Assembly (NCBI GenBank): GCA_904063045.1
Contig: CAJFCJ010000037.1
Location: forward strand, 1 to 64,000
Direction of reading: 5' to 3'
Length of the DNA: 64,000 nt
Source of the DNA: Dimorphilus gyrociliatus
Lineage: Eukaryota; Animalia; Annelida
Below are positions 1-11,975 of this stretch, in pieces (the first letter of the stretch is position 1; every line of letters starts with the position of its first letter). The notes beneath the pieces are model-generated. The model was not told the origin of the DNA. It ran no database searches and saw only the letters and a list, made by a program, of their open reading frames with translations. A program made the translations under genes and the position numbers.

Positions 1-267
1 AAATCAAGAAATTCTATGACTGGTGTATATTTGGATATTTTTTAAACAACATAAATCTTATGAATTGGCTGGTGGAGTCCTGGCGAAGCTGTTAAGAAAT
101 CATATCAATTCTTTCATCCAATTCAAAGTTTAAAGGCATCAGTAAAAATAAATGATAAAATTTATCCAAGTAAAGTTATTGACAGAGCTGGAGACAAATG
201 TTGGTTGATTAGTGTCACTGACATTCTATACCCTAAAACACTTAATCAATTTATTTCATATAATTAA
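1..267 (+). pseudogene. Mirror copy of the 3' end of the Calx-beta/ITI-HC-C gene, frameshifted
   Basis: Reverse complement of 10378-10647 with 1-nt deletions (e.g. tcctggcg vs tcctgggcg); ends TCA TAT AAT TAA. Confidence 0.85.
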
Positions 268-1068
268 CTAACAATAAAGGATTCTTTTCCAGTTTTCAAA
301 TACATGTAAACTTATCTTTATTGTATAGGATAAAAATGTATTTACACTACAATTTTATAATTTTTCTGACCATGTTTACAGCTTTTTCTTTGTTCTAACC
401 CTACTTTTTTCTTATGAACATTCAAATTAATCAGCTGTCTTAAATGAGAATACCATTTTGCTTGTTTAAATTTTGAATATGGCTCAAAAGAGCCTCACAT
501 GTAATTGATATCTTGACCCCAATTCTTAGATAAAGTCTGTAAATCAGTTACAATAAAGCTTTGTACATCTATAAATCCTATAAAAGTTTATAGTGCACAG
601 AATATTTATATAGAATGTTTATTTTACAATAAGTACAATAATGAAATTTGAAAAGAATATTCTTTTGAAAAGCTTACTGCATTCTATTTGCAAAAAATGC
701 TTAGAGAATGGAGTGTCTTTTATATAGTTTTATACCATAATTACTCTGTCTGCATTTACTTTGAACTAGAAAATGGTCAAAAAACAACTCTGTGTCATTG
801 CACTCCACTTCAATACTTATTTTCAGTGTTATTGCTCACAATACAAAATTGAAGAAAAGGTCCCATACAGATACACACATTTATTATCCCATCAATTCTT
901 CTTTAAACAACTAGTATTGAATTAGTATTGAGATGTGCTGATAGTCTTAAGTAAAGGTTCAGTAGTGGCAATCTTTTCCTATTTTCTTGCTGCTACATAT
1001 ATTTGCTACATCTAATTTAACTGTTAGGAAATATTATAAAAGGAAAATATATCTATTTTTATTATTTC

Positions 1069-1180
1069 TGTTCACTTAGATCTAATGATATATGAATAAT
1101 TAGACATTAGATATAAGGTGCATTAGGTAAGGGTGCATTAGGAATACTTCTATTTCGTAGCAATTATAATGGTGCAACTT
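1069..1180 (+). mobile_element. 5' terminal fragment of repeat family R (mirror at ~9470-9568)
   Basis: tgttcacttagatctaatgatatat...ctatttcgtagcaatt...ggtgcaact aligns with tgtgcacttagatataatgatatat...ctattttgtaggaatt...ggtgcaact at 33628. Confidence 0.65.
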
Positions 1181-1424
1181 TTGTCCACTATATTCTTGTT
1201 GTATAATGACAACAAAGACTATGAAAACATTCGTAGTTTGTTTTTTATCAAAAATTTCAAAAGTGATGAAGAAAAGGGAACAATAGGAAATGGCCACAAT
1301 TGTAAAAATTGAGTGAAAATGGACAAATGAGTCACCATCTATTTAATGAAAAACTAGGGGCTAAGCTGCATAAATCAAATAGGAAATTTTCTTATTATAA
1401 TTGTATCTTTGGTTATTCAAAAAA

Positions 1425-2200
1425 ATGGTGGTCATTGATAAAGGAATTTGTTGTTTGGTTGTTGAAAAACACCAAGAAGGCTATTGTTGAATAAAATTGC
1501 CAAAATGCTAAAAATTTCGAGGTTCAGTGCCCAAAATATCTGGAAAAAGTTTCAATTGCATTGTACAATTGAAGATTTACCCAGAAGTGGCAGCCAGTCA
1601 AATTAAGCGAGTGAGATGAGAGAATATTATGCCTTATATCTAGCAGAAATCCTTTCTGGGAGCAAAAAAAATTTTGTCAGACTCTAAATTAGCCTCAATA
1701 ATATCCCTATCTACTTGCAAGAATGTTTTAAGGAAACATAACTTGAGAGCTATGTTGCAGCAAAAAAACCCCTATTAAAAAAAAGGCATTTAATAAATAG
1801 GAGAAAGTTTTGCAAAAGACTCCTCTCTTGGAGCACAGAGCAAATTAATTCAATTTGTTTTCAGATGAGACAAGGATAGATTTATATCCAAACACAGGCA
1901 GTTTGTCAGAAGGCATCCAGCAGATAGATTTCAAGCAAAATATACCATAAAAACGTTTAAAGAGCAAATGGTTCCTAAATATATGGGGTTTTATAAAAAG
2001 TGATGGCAGCAGAGGTATACATTTATATAAAAGTAATTTAAATTCCGAAAAATATTAAGAAATTCTTGATAAATCTTTTCTTAAGGAGTACCATACCTTA
2101 AGGTATTTGGGATGAAAAGAACATTAGGCACTTGCAAGACTGGCCAGCCTATGTTGAAAATTGTTTAATAGTTTTAAAAAGAGGCTACAGCTGTGTCTTT
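1425..2200 (+). pseudogene. Tc1-family transposase, decayed (left-arm copy, extra frameshifts)
   Basis: Mirror of 8440-9210. Confidence 0.85.
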
Positions 2201-2705
2201 TCAATAAGGGTGGTCATACAAAGTATTAAAAAGGGTTTAAAGTATTATTACTATATTTTCATGAAATATTATAATAATTCATGTATACAAATTGTTAAAA
2301 GAGTGTTTGTTCACTGCAAATTAGTATTTTTTGTCTATATTTATATAGAAAAAGAGTTAAATTACATAATATTGAATAAAAATTAATAAAATTATAATAT
2401 TTTGTGAACGTAATTAGCAAAATTTTTTAGTAATTTGCATAAATTTTTTCTTTTTTGGGCCTTACGACATGTTTATTGGAACATTGAAGTTGATATAGAT
2501 GTCTCAAACAAAATTTTTTGCAACTTATTTACTGTTTTAAGTTAAGTTAATTAGTTATTGAATATTAAAATTACTGTATATAAGTTATAGAGTATTTCTT
2601 TTAATTATATATATGAGCCACATGTCCAACAGATGCCGCCATGCTATTTTTTAATTAAAACCAATAGTAAAGCTCAAAAATGCAGTCTAACAATGTAATA
2701 ATTTT

Positions 2706-2912
2706 GGAAGTGGTAGAAAACGGCCATAAATCTATGGTTTTACCCTAACCCTAACCCAGCCCTTGTTTTTGCCTAATCTTTTTGAATACCCCTAACCCTT
2801 AGATGGGACCCTCCTAAGAACATATCAACAGTTATCTTATTCCTCCTAACCATTTCCCAGGCTGAAATCTAACTTTCAAATATTTCATTTATGGCCGTTT
2901 TCGACCGGTCCC
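2706..2912. mobile_element. Mutator-type MITE (mirror of 7711-7917)
   Basis: TIR core GAAAACGGCCATAAAT at both ends; internal CCCTAA repeats. Confidence 0.85.
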
Positions 2913-3249
2913 TAATATTTTCTCAACTGAGGTTGGGATTGGAGTAAAGACTGAAAAATATAAATAAGTTTTAGCACATACAAATATCAAGCTGTTTTGA
3001 CAAAAATGCCAACACTCAAACTGTATTCCAATTTTCAGTGTTCTTTTTTTATAATTTTTAGTTTTCCTATTGAAAATGAATTGATGGCACAGAAAATGTC
3101 CATAAATGAAAATTTTACCTTAACACTAAACTTTAAATTTATAAGGTTTATTTCAAAATAAACACTTTAGACAAACAATAACCTGAAAGTTCAAAAATTT
3201 TTTCCAAAAGTTGACTTATATGGATGTTCTTTTAATTTTAAGCAATCCA

Positions 3250-5260
3250 TCCTACAGAATATTCCAGAACAACTTAACTTTTAACTTCTTTATAATATCT
3301 CTCAAATAGTTGTATACATGTATTGAACAGGAACAATTTGATCCTGAAAGAATCTAAGTTAGTTATATAAGTTAAGCCTGTTTTACAGTAAACTGTTGTG
3401 AGAGAATGTGCTCTACCTGTAGCACTGAAATGAAAGATCTGTCACTACCAGAGTCTATCAAGGCATCAAACTTAAAACCTGTATTAGTTTCAAATTGTCC
3501 AATAAATGTTGAAGCATTTCTCTCAGATTGTTTGCTTTGTAACAGCTGACAAGTGGATTCGTCACTATCTGAAAAACAGAGAATATCTGGACTTCATCAT
3601 TTTCTGACATGCTTTCATTGTCTAATGTTTCTAATTTTGTAGCTTAGTTCCTCTTTCAGTATCGTCTTTGCTGGTTGATTTTCTTATAATACCTGTTGTT
3701 GAGTAGGTGCATACTTTTGAACTTTTTGGCTTGAAAACTTTCTTTAGTAGCATTTTTGTTGTCAGGTACATGCTTTCTATTCCAAAAATTTGGGTTTCTG
3801 TAGAAGCATCTTTTCTGATTACCTGGTCTTTTTGGGCTCTTTGCTTTGTGAGTTTCCAATTTTGACACCATTGTGATTGGTTTTCTTTGAGTTAGTTTTA
3901 ATGAAGTTTCTGCTTGCTTAGCAGCCTCATACAGTTCTGCCAATGTTTGACATTTAGGATGTAAGGTGTACACTAAATGTAGAATATCCTGTTGTAATCC
4001 TCTTTGTAAAACTTCCATCAGTTTTATTTCTTTCATAGTTGCAAGCAATTGTGTTCCATTGGTCTAGGTGGAGAAAACCTCTTTATCAATTTCTTTGCTC
4101 TATTAACAAACTGAACCACACTTTCGCCATTCATTTGCTTTAAGTTAAGCAATTTCTCTTGATACTCCAAAGGATCCAGATCAAATTCGTCATGGAGGGC
4201 TTTCCATATTTCCTCCACAGTAGCTCTCCATCCAGAGCCAACACCAAATCCTTTGCAGGACCAGTTAAATAATCTAAAAGATTTGCTTTCACAACATCTT
4301 CACCAATCCAACCATAAGCATAACATGCCTGATTAAAGTCTTCCTTGAATTTTGAACACTCCTTGCTTCCATCATACAACTTGAGAATAGTTCTTTGAGA
4401 GCGGTCCCAAGCAGCCCTTAATGCTTGAATTACTGTTGTGATATCAACATTTGGGTTCTGTGCTGGGTGATGTGTTCCATCTCCATGATCTGTTGGAATT
4501 GTGATTCAATTTCTTTTCATTTCACTCGCCAATCTATCATAGTCTTCAATTAGTCTTTGTTGCCTTTCTGACATTCCTGCTGCTGAATTGTAATTGTTGG
4601 AGTTGCTGGGTTGAAGGTTAGAGTCTGTAACTGCCCCAGTGGCATTTCCATTTCCTCCTTCTGCCATATTTACTTTCTCAAAACTTTTGAATAAACCAAA
4701 ATATTATCCTGTCGACTGTGCCAAATTGTACTGCTCTTGCTGGCAACATCTATGTGTTGCAATTATAACAATACTGTTCTACTCGAACCTTTGAACAAAT
4801 GTTTAAATTAAAATGGTTTATTCACAATAATAATACTTAAGCAAGTAACAATATGAGAGTTCGATAGCAGAGTAGATAGTTTGTAAAAGCAGGTTGCCAA
4901 ATTACCAAACTGTCTTCCAATGTTGAGGAGTAGATGGATGTTCCAGTGGGGTTGTTTCCAGATGATTTCCCAGTCCTTGGGTCCAGATGGAAGCTGCATG
5001 CCAAATGAGAATAGTGAGGATTTATATACTTTGAGGTTTGCCTCTGACATCCAATCATCACTTTACAGTTGCTGAAATGTGTAGTTCATATTTATGTTTA
5101 GTAACAGGATGTTACAAGGTTGAACATTTAGAAGGTTAATTGAATTATAACTTGCCACACCCTAGCAAGTTAATTAAATTATAACTTGGCCAAACCTTTA
5201 TTGGTAATTAAAGATGAGCCTTCAAGCTATTTAATCAGACTTATGTTTGCCAATGTTTAG
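3250..5260 (-). mobile_element. Truncated Gypsy element, left-arm copy (LTR 4727-~5260, PBS 4706-4723, frameshifted gag-pro)
   Basis: Mirror of 5307-7367; ORFs 3656-4048, 4033-4218 and 4140-4379 are frameshifted pieces of the same gag. Confidence 0.85.
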
Positions 5261-5877
5261 CATTTACATGCTGAACTCTATTATTTTATGCAACATATAC
5301 ATGTACATAATAAGTTCAAGCATGTAAAATGCTATAACATTGGCCAAACTAAGTCTGAATTAGTCAGCTTGAAGCTCATTTTAATTACCAATAAAGTTTG
5401 GCCAAGTTATAATTTATTAACTGCCTAGGGTGGTGGCCAAGTTATAATTCAATTAACCTTCCTAAATGTTCAACCTTGTAACATCCTGTTACTAAACATA
5501 AATATGAACTACACATTTCAGCAACTGTAAAGTGATGATTGGATGTCAGAGGCAAACCTCAAAGTATATAAATCCTCACTATTCTCATTTGGCATGCAGC
5601 TTCCATCTGGACCCAAGGACCTGGGAAAATCATCTGGAAACAACCCCCACTGGAACCATCCATCTACTCCTCAACATTGGAAGACAGTTTGGTAATTTGG
5701 CAACCTGCTTTTACAAACTATCTACTCTGCTATCGAACTCTCATATTGTTACTTGCTTAAGTATTATTATTGTGAATAAACCATTTTAATTTAAACATTT
5801 GTTCAAAGGTTCGAGTAGAACCAGTATTGTTATAACTTGCAAACACATAGATGTTGCCAGCAAGAGCAGTACAAATT

Positions 5878-5895
5878 TGGCACAGTCGACAGGAT
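5878..5895 (+). promoter_or_regulatory. Primer-binding site, tRNA-Ser-like
   Basis: TGGCACAGTCGACAGGAT lies 4 nt after the LTR end and resembles the tRNA-Ser-type PBS TGGCGCAGTCGGYAGGAT; tRNA identity is inferred. Confidence 0.65.
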
Positions 5896-5933
5896 AATAT
5901 TTTGGTTTATTCAAAAGTTTTGAGAAAGTAAAT

Positions 5934-7367
5934 ATGGCAGAAGGAGGAAATGGAAATGCCACTGGGGCAGTTACAGACTCTAACCCTTCAACCCCAGCAA
6001 CTCCAACAATTACAATTCAGCCAGCAGGAATGTCAGAAAGGCAACAAAGACTAATTGAAGACTATGATAGATTGGCGAGTGAAATGAAAAGAAATTGAAT
6101 CACAATTCCAACAGATCATGGAGATGGAACACATCACCCAGCACAGAACCCAAATGTTGATATCACAACAGTAATTCAAGCATTAAGGGCTGCTTGGGAC
6201 CGCCCTCAAAGAACTATTCTCAAGTTGTATGATGGAAGCAAGGAGTGTTCAAAATTCAAGGAAGACTTTAATCAGGCATGTTATGCTTATGGTTGGATTG
6301 GTGAAGATGTTGTGAAAGCAAATCTTTTAGATTATTTAACTGGTCCTGCAAAGGATTTGGTGTTGGCTCTGGATGGAGAGCCTACTGTGGAGGAAATATG
6401 GAAAGCCCTCCATGACGAATTTGATCTGGATCCTTTGGAGTATCAAGAGAAATTGCTTAACTTAAAGCAAATGAATGGCGAAAGTGTGGTTCAGTTTGTT
6501 AATAGAGCAAAGAAATTGATAAAGAGGTTTTCTCCACCTAGACCAATGGAACCACAATTGCTTGCAACTATGAAAGAAATAAAACTGATGGAAGTTTTAC
6601 AAAGAGGATTACAACAGGATATTCTACATTTAGTGTACACCTTACATCCTAAATGTCAAACATTGGCAGAACTGTATGAGGCTGCTAAGCAAGCAGAAAC
6701 TTCATTAAAACTAACTCAAAGAAAACCAATCACAATGGTGTCAAAATTGGAAACTCAACAAAGCAAAGAGCCCAAAAAGACCCAGGTAATCAGAAAAGAT
6801 GCTTCTACAGAAACCCCAAATTTTTGGAATAGAAAGCATGTACCTGACAACAAAAATGCTACTAAAGAAAAGTTTTCAAGCCAAAAAGTTCAAAAGTATG
6901 CACCTACTCCAACAAACAGGTATTATAAGAAAAATCAACCAGCAAAGACGATACTGAAAGAGGAACCTAAGCTACAAAAATTAGAAACATTAGACAATGA
7001 AAGCATGTCAGAAAATGATGAAGTCCAAGATATTCTCTGTTTTTCAGATAGTGATGAATCCACTTGTCAGCTGTTACAAAGCAAACAATCTGAGAGAAAT
7101 GCTTCAACATTTATTGGACAATTTGAAACTAATACAGGTTTTAAGTTTGATGCCTTGATAGACTCTGGTAGTGACAGATCTTTCATTTCAGTGCTACAGG
7201 TAGAGCACATTCTCTCACAACAGTTTACCTGTAAAACAGGCTTAACTTATATAACTAACCTTAGATTCTTTCAGGATCAAATTGTTCCTGTTCAATACAT
7301 GTATACAAACTATTTGAGAGATATTATAAAGAAGTTAAAAGTTAAGTTGTTCTGGAATATTCTGTAG
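5934..7367 (+). pseudogene. gag-pro: Gag-aspartic protease ORF with in-frame TGA at 6096-6098
   Basis: ATG at 5934 is in frame with ORF 6225-7367. Capsid-like YDGSKECSKFKEDF...W...LLDYLTGPAK; protease motif ALIDSGSDRSFIS; no RT, RNase H or integrase follows. Confidence 0.8.
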
Positions 7368-7710
7368 GATGGATTGCTTAAAATTAAAAGAACATCCATA
7401 TAAGTCAACTTTTGGAAAAAATTTTTGAACTTTCAGGTTATTGTTTGTCTAAAGTGTTTATTTTGAAATAAACCTTATAAATTTAAAGTTTTAGTGTTAA
7501 GGTAAAAATTTTTCATTTATGGACATTTTCTGTGCCATCAATTCATTTTCAATAGGAAAACTAAAAATTATAAAAAAAGAACACTGAAAATTGGAATACA
7601 GTTTGAGTGTTGGCATTTTTGTCAAAACAGCTTGATATTTGTATGTGCTAAAACTTATTTATATTTTTCAGTCTTTACTCCAATCCCAACCTTCAGTTGA
7701 GAAAATATTA

Positions 7711-7917
7711 GGGACCGGTCGAAAACGGCCATAAATGAAATATTTGAAAGTTAGATTTCAGCCTGGGAAATGGTTAGGAGGAATAAGATAACTGTTGATA
7801 TGTTCTTAGGAGGGTCCCATCTAAGGGTTAGGGGTATTCAAAAAGATTAGGCAAAAACAAGGGCTGGGTTAGGGTTAGGGTAAAACCATAGATTTATGGC
7901 CGTTTTCTACCACTTCC
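7711..7917. mobile_element. Mutator-type MITE, 207 bp, 9-bp TSD
   Basis: TIRs GGGACCGGTCGAAAACGGCCATAAAT / ATTTATGGCCGTTTTCTACCACTTCC; TSD AAAATATTA at 7702-7710 and 7918-7926; internal GGTTAGGGTTAGGG. Confidence 0.9.
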
Positions 7918-8439
7918 AAAATATTATTACATTGTTAGACTGCATTTTTGAGCTTTACTATTGGTTTTTAATTAAAAAATAGCATGGGCGGCATCTGTTG
8001 GACATGTGGCTCATATATATAATTAAAAGAAATACTCTATAACTTATATACAGTAATTTTTAATATTCAATAACTAATTAACTTAACTTAAAACAGTAAA
8101 TAAGTTGCAAAAAATTTTGTTTGAGACATCTATATCAACTCAATGTTCCAATAAACATGTCGTAAGGCCCAAAAAAGAAAAAATTTATGCAAATTACTAA
8201 AAAATTTTGCTAATTACGTTCACAAAATATTATAATTTTATTAATTTTTATTCAATATTATGTTAATTTAACTCTTTTTCTATATAAATATAGACAAAAA
8301 ATACTAATTTGCAGTGAACAAACACTCTTTTACAATTTGTATACATGAATTATTATAATATTTCATGAAAATATAGTAATAATACTTTAAACCCTTTTTA
8401 ATACTTTGTATGACCACCCTTATTGAAAAGACACAGCTG

Positions 8440-9210
8440 TAGCCTCTTTTTAAAACTATTAAACAATTTTTCAACATAGGCTGGCCAGTCTTGCAAGTGC
8501 CTAATGTTCTTTTCATCCAAATACCTTAAGGTATGGTACTCCTTAAGAAAAGATTTATCAAGAATTTCTTAATATTTTTCGGAATTTAAATTACTTTTAT
8601 ATAAATGTATACCTCTGCTGCCATCACTTTTTATAAAACCCCATATATTTAGGGAACCATTTGCCTCTTTAAACGTTTTTATGGTATATTTTGCTTGAAA
8701 TCTATCTGCTGGATGCCTTCTGACAAACTGCCTGTGTTTTGGATATAAATCTATCCTTGTCTCATCTGAAAACACAATTGAATTAATTTGCTCTGTGCTC
8801 CAAGAGAGGAGTCTTTTGCAAAACTTTCTCCTATTTATTAAATGCCTTTTTTTTAATAGGGGTTTTTTTGCTGCAACATAGCCTCTCAAGTTATGTTTCC
8901 TTAAAACATTCTTGCAAGTAGATAGGGATATTATTGAGGCTAATTTAGAGTCTGACAAAATTTTTTTTGCTCCCCAGAAAGGATTTCTGCTAGATATAAG
9001 GCATAATATTCTCTCATCTCACTCGCTTAATTTGACTGGCCTGCCACTTCTGGGTAAATCTTCAATTGTACAATGCAATTGAAACTTTTTCCAGATATTT
9101 TGGGCACTGAACCTCGAAATTTTTAGCATTTTGGCAATTTTATTCAACAATAGCCCTTCTTGGTGTTTTTCAACAACCAAACAACAAATTCCTTTATCAA
9201 TGACCACCAT
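8440..9210 (-). pseudogene. Tc1-family transposase with in-frame stops and an internal deletion
   Basis: HTH ending PRSGRP, then AAKKPLL, IVFSDET and IWG motifs; second Asp region and SPDLNP deleted; stops after KLSE and SEKY. Confidence 0.88.
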
Positions 9211-10377
9211 TTTTTTGAATAACCAAAGATACAATTATAATAAGAAAATTTCCTATTTGATTTATGCAGCTTAGCCCCCTAGTTTTTCATTAAATAGATG
9301 GTGACTCATTTGTCCATTTTCACTCAATTTTTACAATTGTGGCCATTTCCTATTGTTCCCTTTTCTTCATCACTTTTGAAATTTTTGATAAAAAACAAAC
9401 TACGAATGTTTTCATAGTCTTTGTTGTCATTATACAACAAGAATATAGTGGACAAAAGTTGCACCATTATAATTGCTACGAAATAGAAGTATTCCTAATG
9501 CACCCTTACCTAATGCACCCTTATATCTAATGTCTAATTATTCATATATCATTAGATCTAAGTGAACAGAAATAATAAAAATAGATATATTTTCCTTTTA
9601 TAATATTTCCCTAACAGTTAAATTAGATGTAGCAAATATATGTAGCAGCAAGAAAATAGGAAAAGATTGCCACTACTGAACCTTTACTTAAGACTATCAG
9701 CACATCTCAATACTAATTCAATACTAGTTGTTTAAAGAAGAATTGATGGGATAATAAATGTGTGTATCTGTATGGGACCTTTTCTTCAATTTTGTATTGT
9801 GAGCAATAACACTGAAAATAAGTATTGAAGTGGAGTGCAATGACACAGAGTTGTTTTTTGACCATTTTCTAGTTCAAAGTAAATGCAGACAGAGTAATTA
9901 TGGTATAAAACTATATAAAAGACACTCCCATTCCTCTAAGCATTTTTTGCAAATAGAATGCAGTAAGCTTTTCAAAAGAATATTCTTTTCAAATTTCATT
10001 ATTGTACTTATTGTAAAATAAACATTCTATATAAAATATTCTGTGCACTATAAACTTTTATAGGATTTTATAGATGTACAAAGCTTTATTGTAACTGATT
10101 TACAGACTTTATCTAAGAATTGGGGTCAAGATATCAATTACATGTGAGGCTCTTTTGAGCCATATTCAAAATTTAAACAAGCAAAATGGTATTCTCATTT
10201 AAGACAGCTGATTAATTTGAATGTTCATAAGAAAAAAAGTAGGGTTAGAACAAAGAAAAAGCTGTAAACATGGTCAGAAAAATTATAAAATTGTAGTGTA
10301 AATACCATTTTTATCCTATACAATAAAGATAAGTTTACATGTATTTTGAAAACTGGAAAAGAATCCTTTATTGTTAG

Positions 10378-11636
10378 TTAATTATATGAAATAAATTGAT
10401 TAAGTGTTTTAGGGTATAGAATGTCAGTGACACTAATCAACCAACATTTGTCTCCAGCTCTGTCAATAACTTTACTTGGATAAATTTTATCATTTATTTT
10501 TACTGATGCCTTTAAACTTTGAATTGGATGAAAGAATTGATATGATTTCTTAACAGCTTCGCCCAGGACTCCACCAGCCAATTCATAAGAATTTATGTTG
10601 TTTAAAAAAATATCCAAATATACACCAGTCATAGAATTTCTTGATTTCTTTACGAAAAAGCTATTTTTCTCATGTTTCTTGCCAAACTTTGGAAAATTCA
10701 GGTGTATTGAATTAGCATTGACATCCATTGTAATATCTATTGTATTAAAATATGTGTTTAGAGATTGGTCTTTCCATTGGACAAGATTCCCATTTTGAAG
10801 AATAATGTAATCTACTTTTACTTTCAAAAGTTGATTATCTATGTAGAAGTGCATCTCATGCATATAATAATCATCTTTCAATATTCCATAAATGGTGATA
10901 TTTTCTTTCATATCTTGAAAAATATTAATTTTATTACCAGTAGTAGAACTCACATCAAAACATACATTTTCTAAGGCTTTATTCATTGTATCTGGAACCA
11001 GTAATCGGAAATGAGGATCGCCATTGCCTCCAGGTGCATCAACAATTCTAAGAGTAAATACTGTTGTCTCTAGTCCTGATAGATCAGTACATTGTGGATT
11101 TATAGATAAAGTTTCCTCTCCTTCTACCAAATTGTCTGATAGTAAAGTTATTGTGGCTGTTCCAACCTGACCTTCACCAACAACAACTGGTGATGCTCCT
11201 ACAAGCTCAATGTCTGCTGTTGCTGGAAATCTTGAAAAAAATATTATTAACCTTAACATGTGCTTGTAAATACTTTTAACTATACACAGATGTAAGAATT
11301 GTTTTTGAATTCTTTCCTTTATGTTTATCATGAAATAATCACACTACTACTTCCCAATCAAAGATATGCTTCTATTACTTTTTTATAATTTACTAGCTTT
11401 CTATTCTACAATACAACTACAGTTGTATATTAATCAGTACTTTTAATAAAATCTTATAGAGTTAGGAAATGAAAGAAGCATAAAAAAATAACTGTCATAC
11501 ATGCAAGAAGATCCACCTGCAGAACCTTGAATTTGTATTTCTACAGATGTCCCTTCTTCAAATGGCTCATTTCCAATTACTGTCAATCCTGTTCCTGGAG
11601 CTGTTATATCTCCAATATCTGAAAGAATAAGGTCTT
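10378..11636 (-). CDS. Calx-beta-like + inter-alpha-trypsin inhibitor heavy-chain C-terminal (ITI-HC-C)-like protein; last two exons only
   Basis: ATITLLSDNLVEGEETLSI (Calx-beta-like) then GNGDPHF...VCFDV (ITI-HC-C-like). Exons ~11500-11636 and 10378-11230 with an AG acceptor; 5' exons not found. Confidence 0.65.
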
Positions 11637-11927
11637 TAGAAAGTTGTATTATATTGGGAAAATGAAAAGTACTTAAAGAAAAAACAAAAATGCTAAAAAA
11701 AAACAAATTCATTATTGCTTTGCTCTGATCATTTGAATTCTAATCTAAAAAAAGAAAATGGATTTATATACAATATTTTTCAGGCCAATTGCAGGCTAAC
11801 ATGTTTTAAATAGCAATATACAAATATTCTTTTATTATTGTATTATGATTGTAAGCATTTCATTCTGAACCAAAGTAAAATTGTATTTTTGTAATTGTCA
11901 TTGTCATTTAACAATATCACAAAGAAC

Positions 11928-11975
11928 TGTACTGCTCTTGCTTGGCCAATTTATGTGTTTGCAGAATTAGGTCTT
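11928..11975 (-). mobile_element. Diverged 3' end of the Gypsy LTR family (similar fragment at ~25775-25815)
   Basis: Reverse complement reads gcaaacacataaattggccaagcaagagcagtaca vs LTR end gcaaacacatagatgttgccagcaagagcagtaca. Confidence 0.6.

Larger units (their letters stand above)
5307..7367 (+). mobile_element. Ty3/Gypsy-like LTR retrotransposon: 5' LTR (to 5873), PBS, gag-protease, truncated before RT
   Basis: The LTR matches the solo LTR at 23278-23912 and ends GAGCAGTACA; it is followed by a PBS and a gag-like ORF. Confidence 0.85.
1..10647. repeat. Giant inverted duplication (arms >=5.28 kb, apex ~5296, ~22 nt spacer)
   Basis: Bases 1-27 are the reverse complement of 10621-10647. 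The Tc1, MITE, gag and LTR segments all appear mirrored. Spacer is 5285-5306. Confidence 0.97.

Noticed and set aside
5532-5789. Repeated 74-85 aa ORF MMIGCQRQ (also 4808-5061 and 23571-23828)
   Set aside because: Lies inside the LTR across its CCAAT/TATA elements; it recurs only because the LTR is repeated.
6096-6098. In-frame TGA in gag as programmed readthrough
   Set aside because: Readthrough signals sit at the gag-pol boundary, not codon 55; the element is truncated, so decay is simpler.
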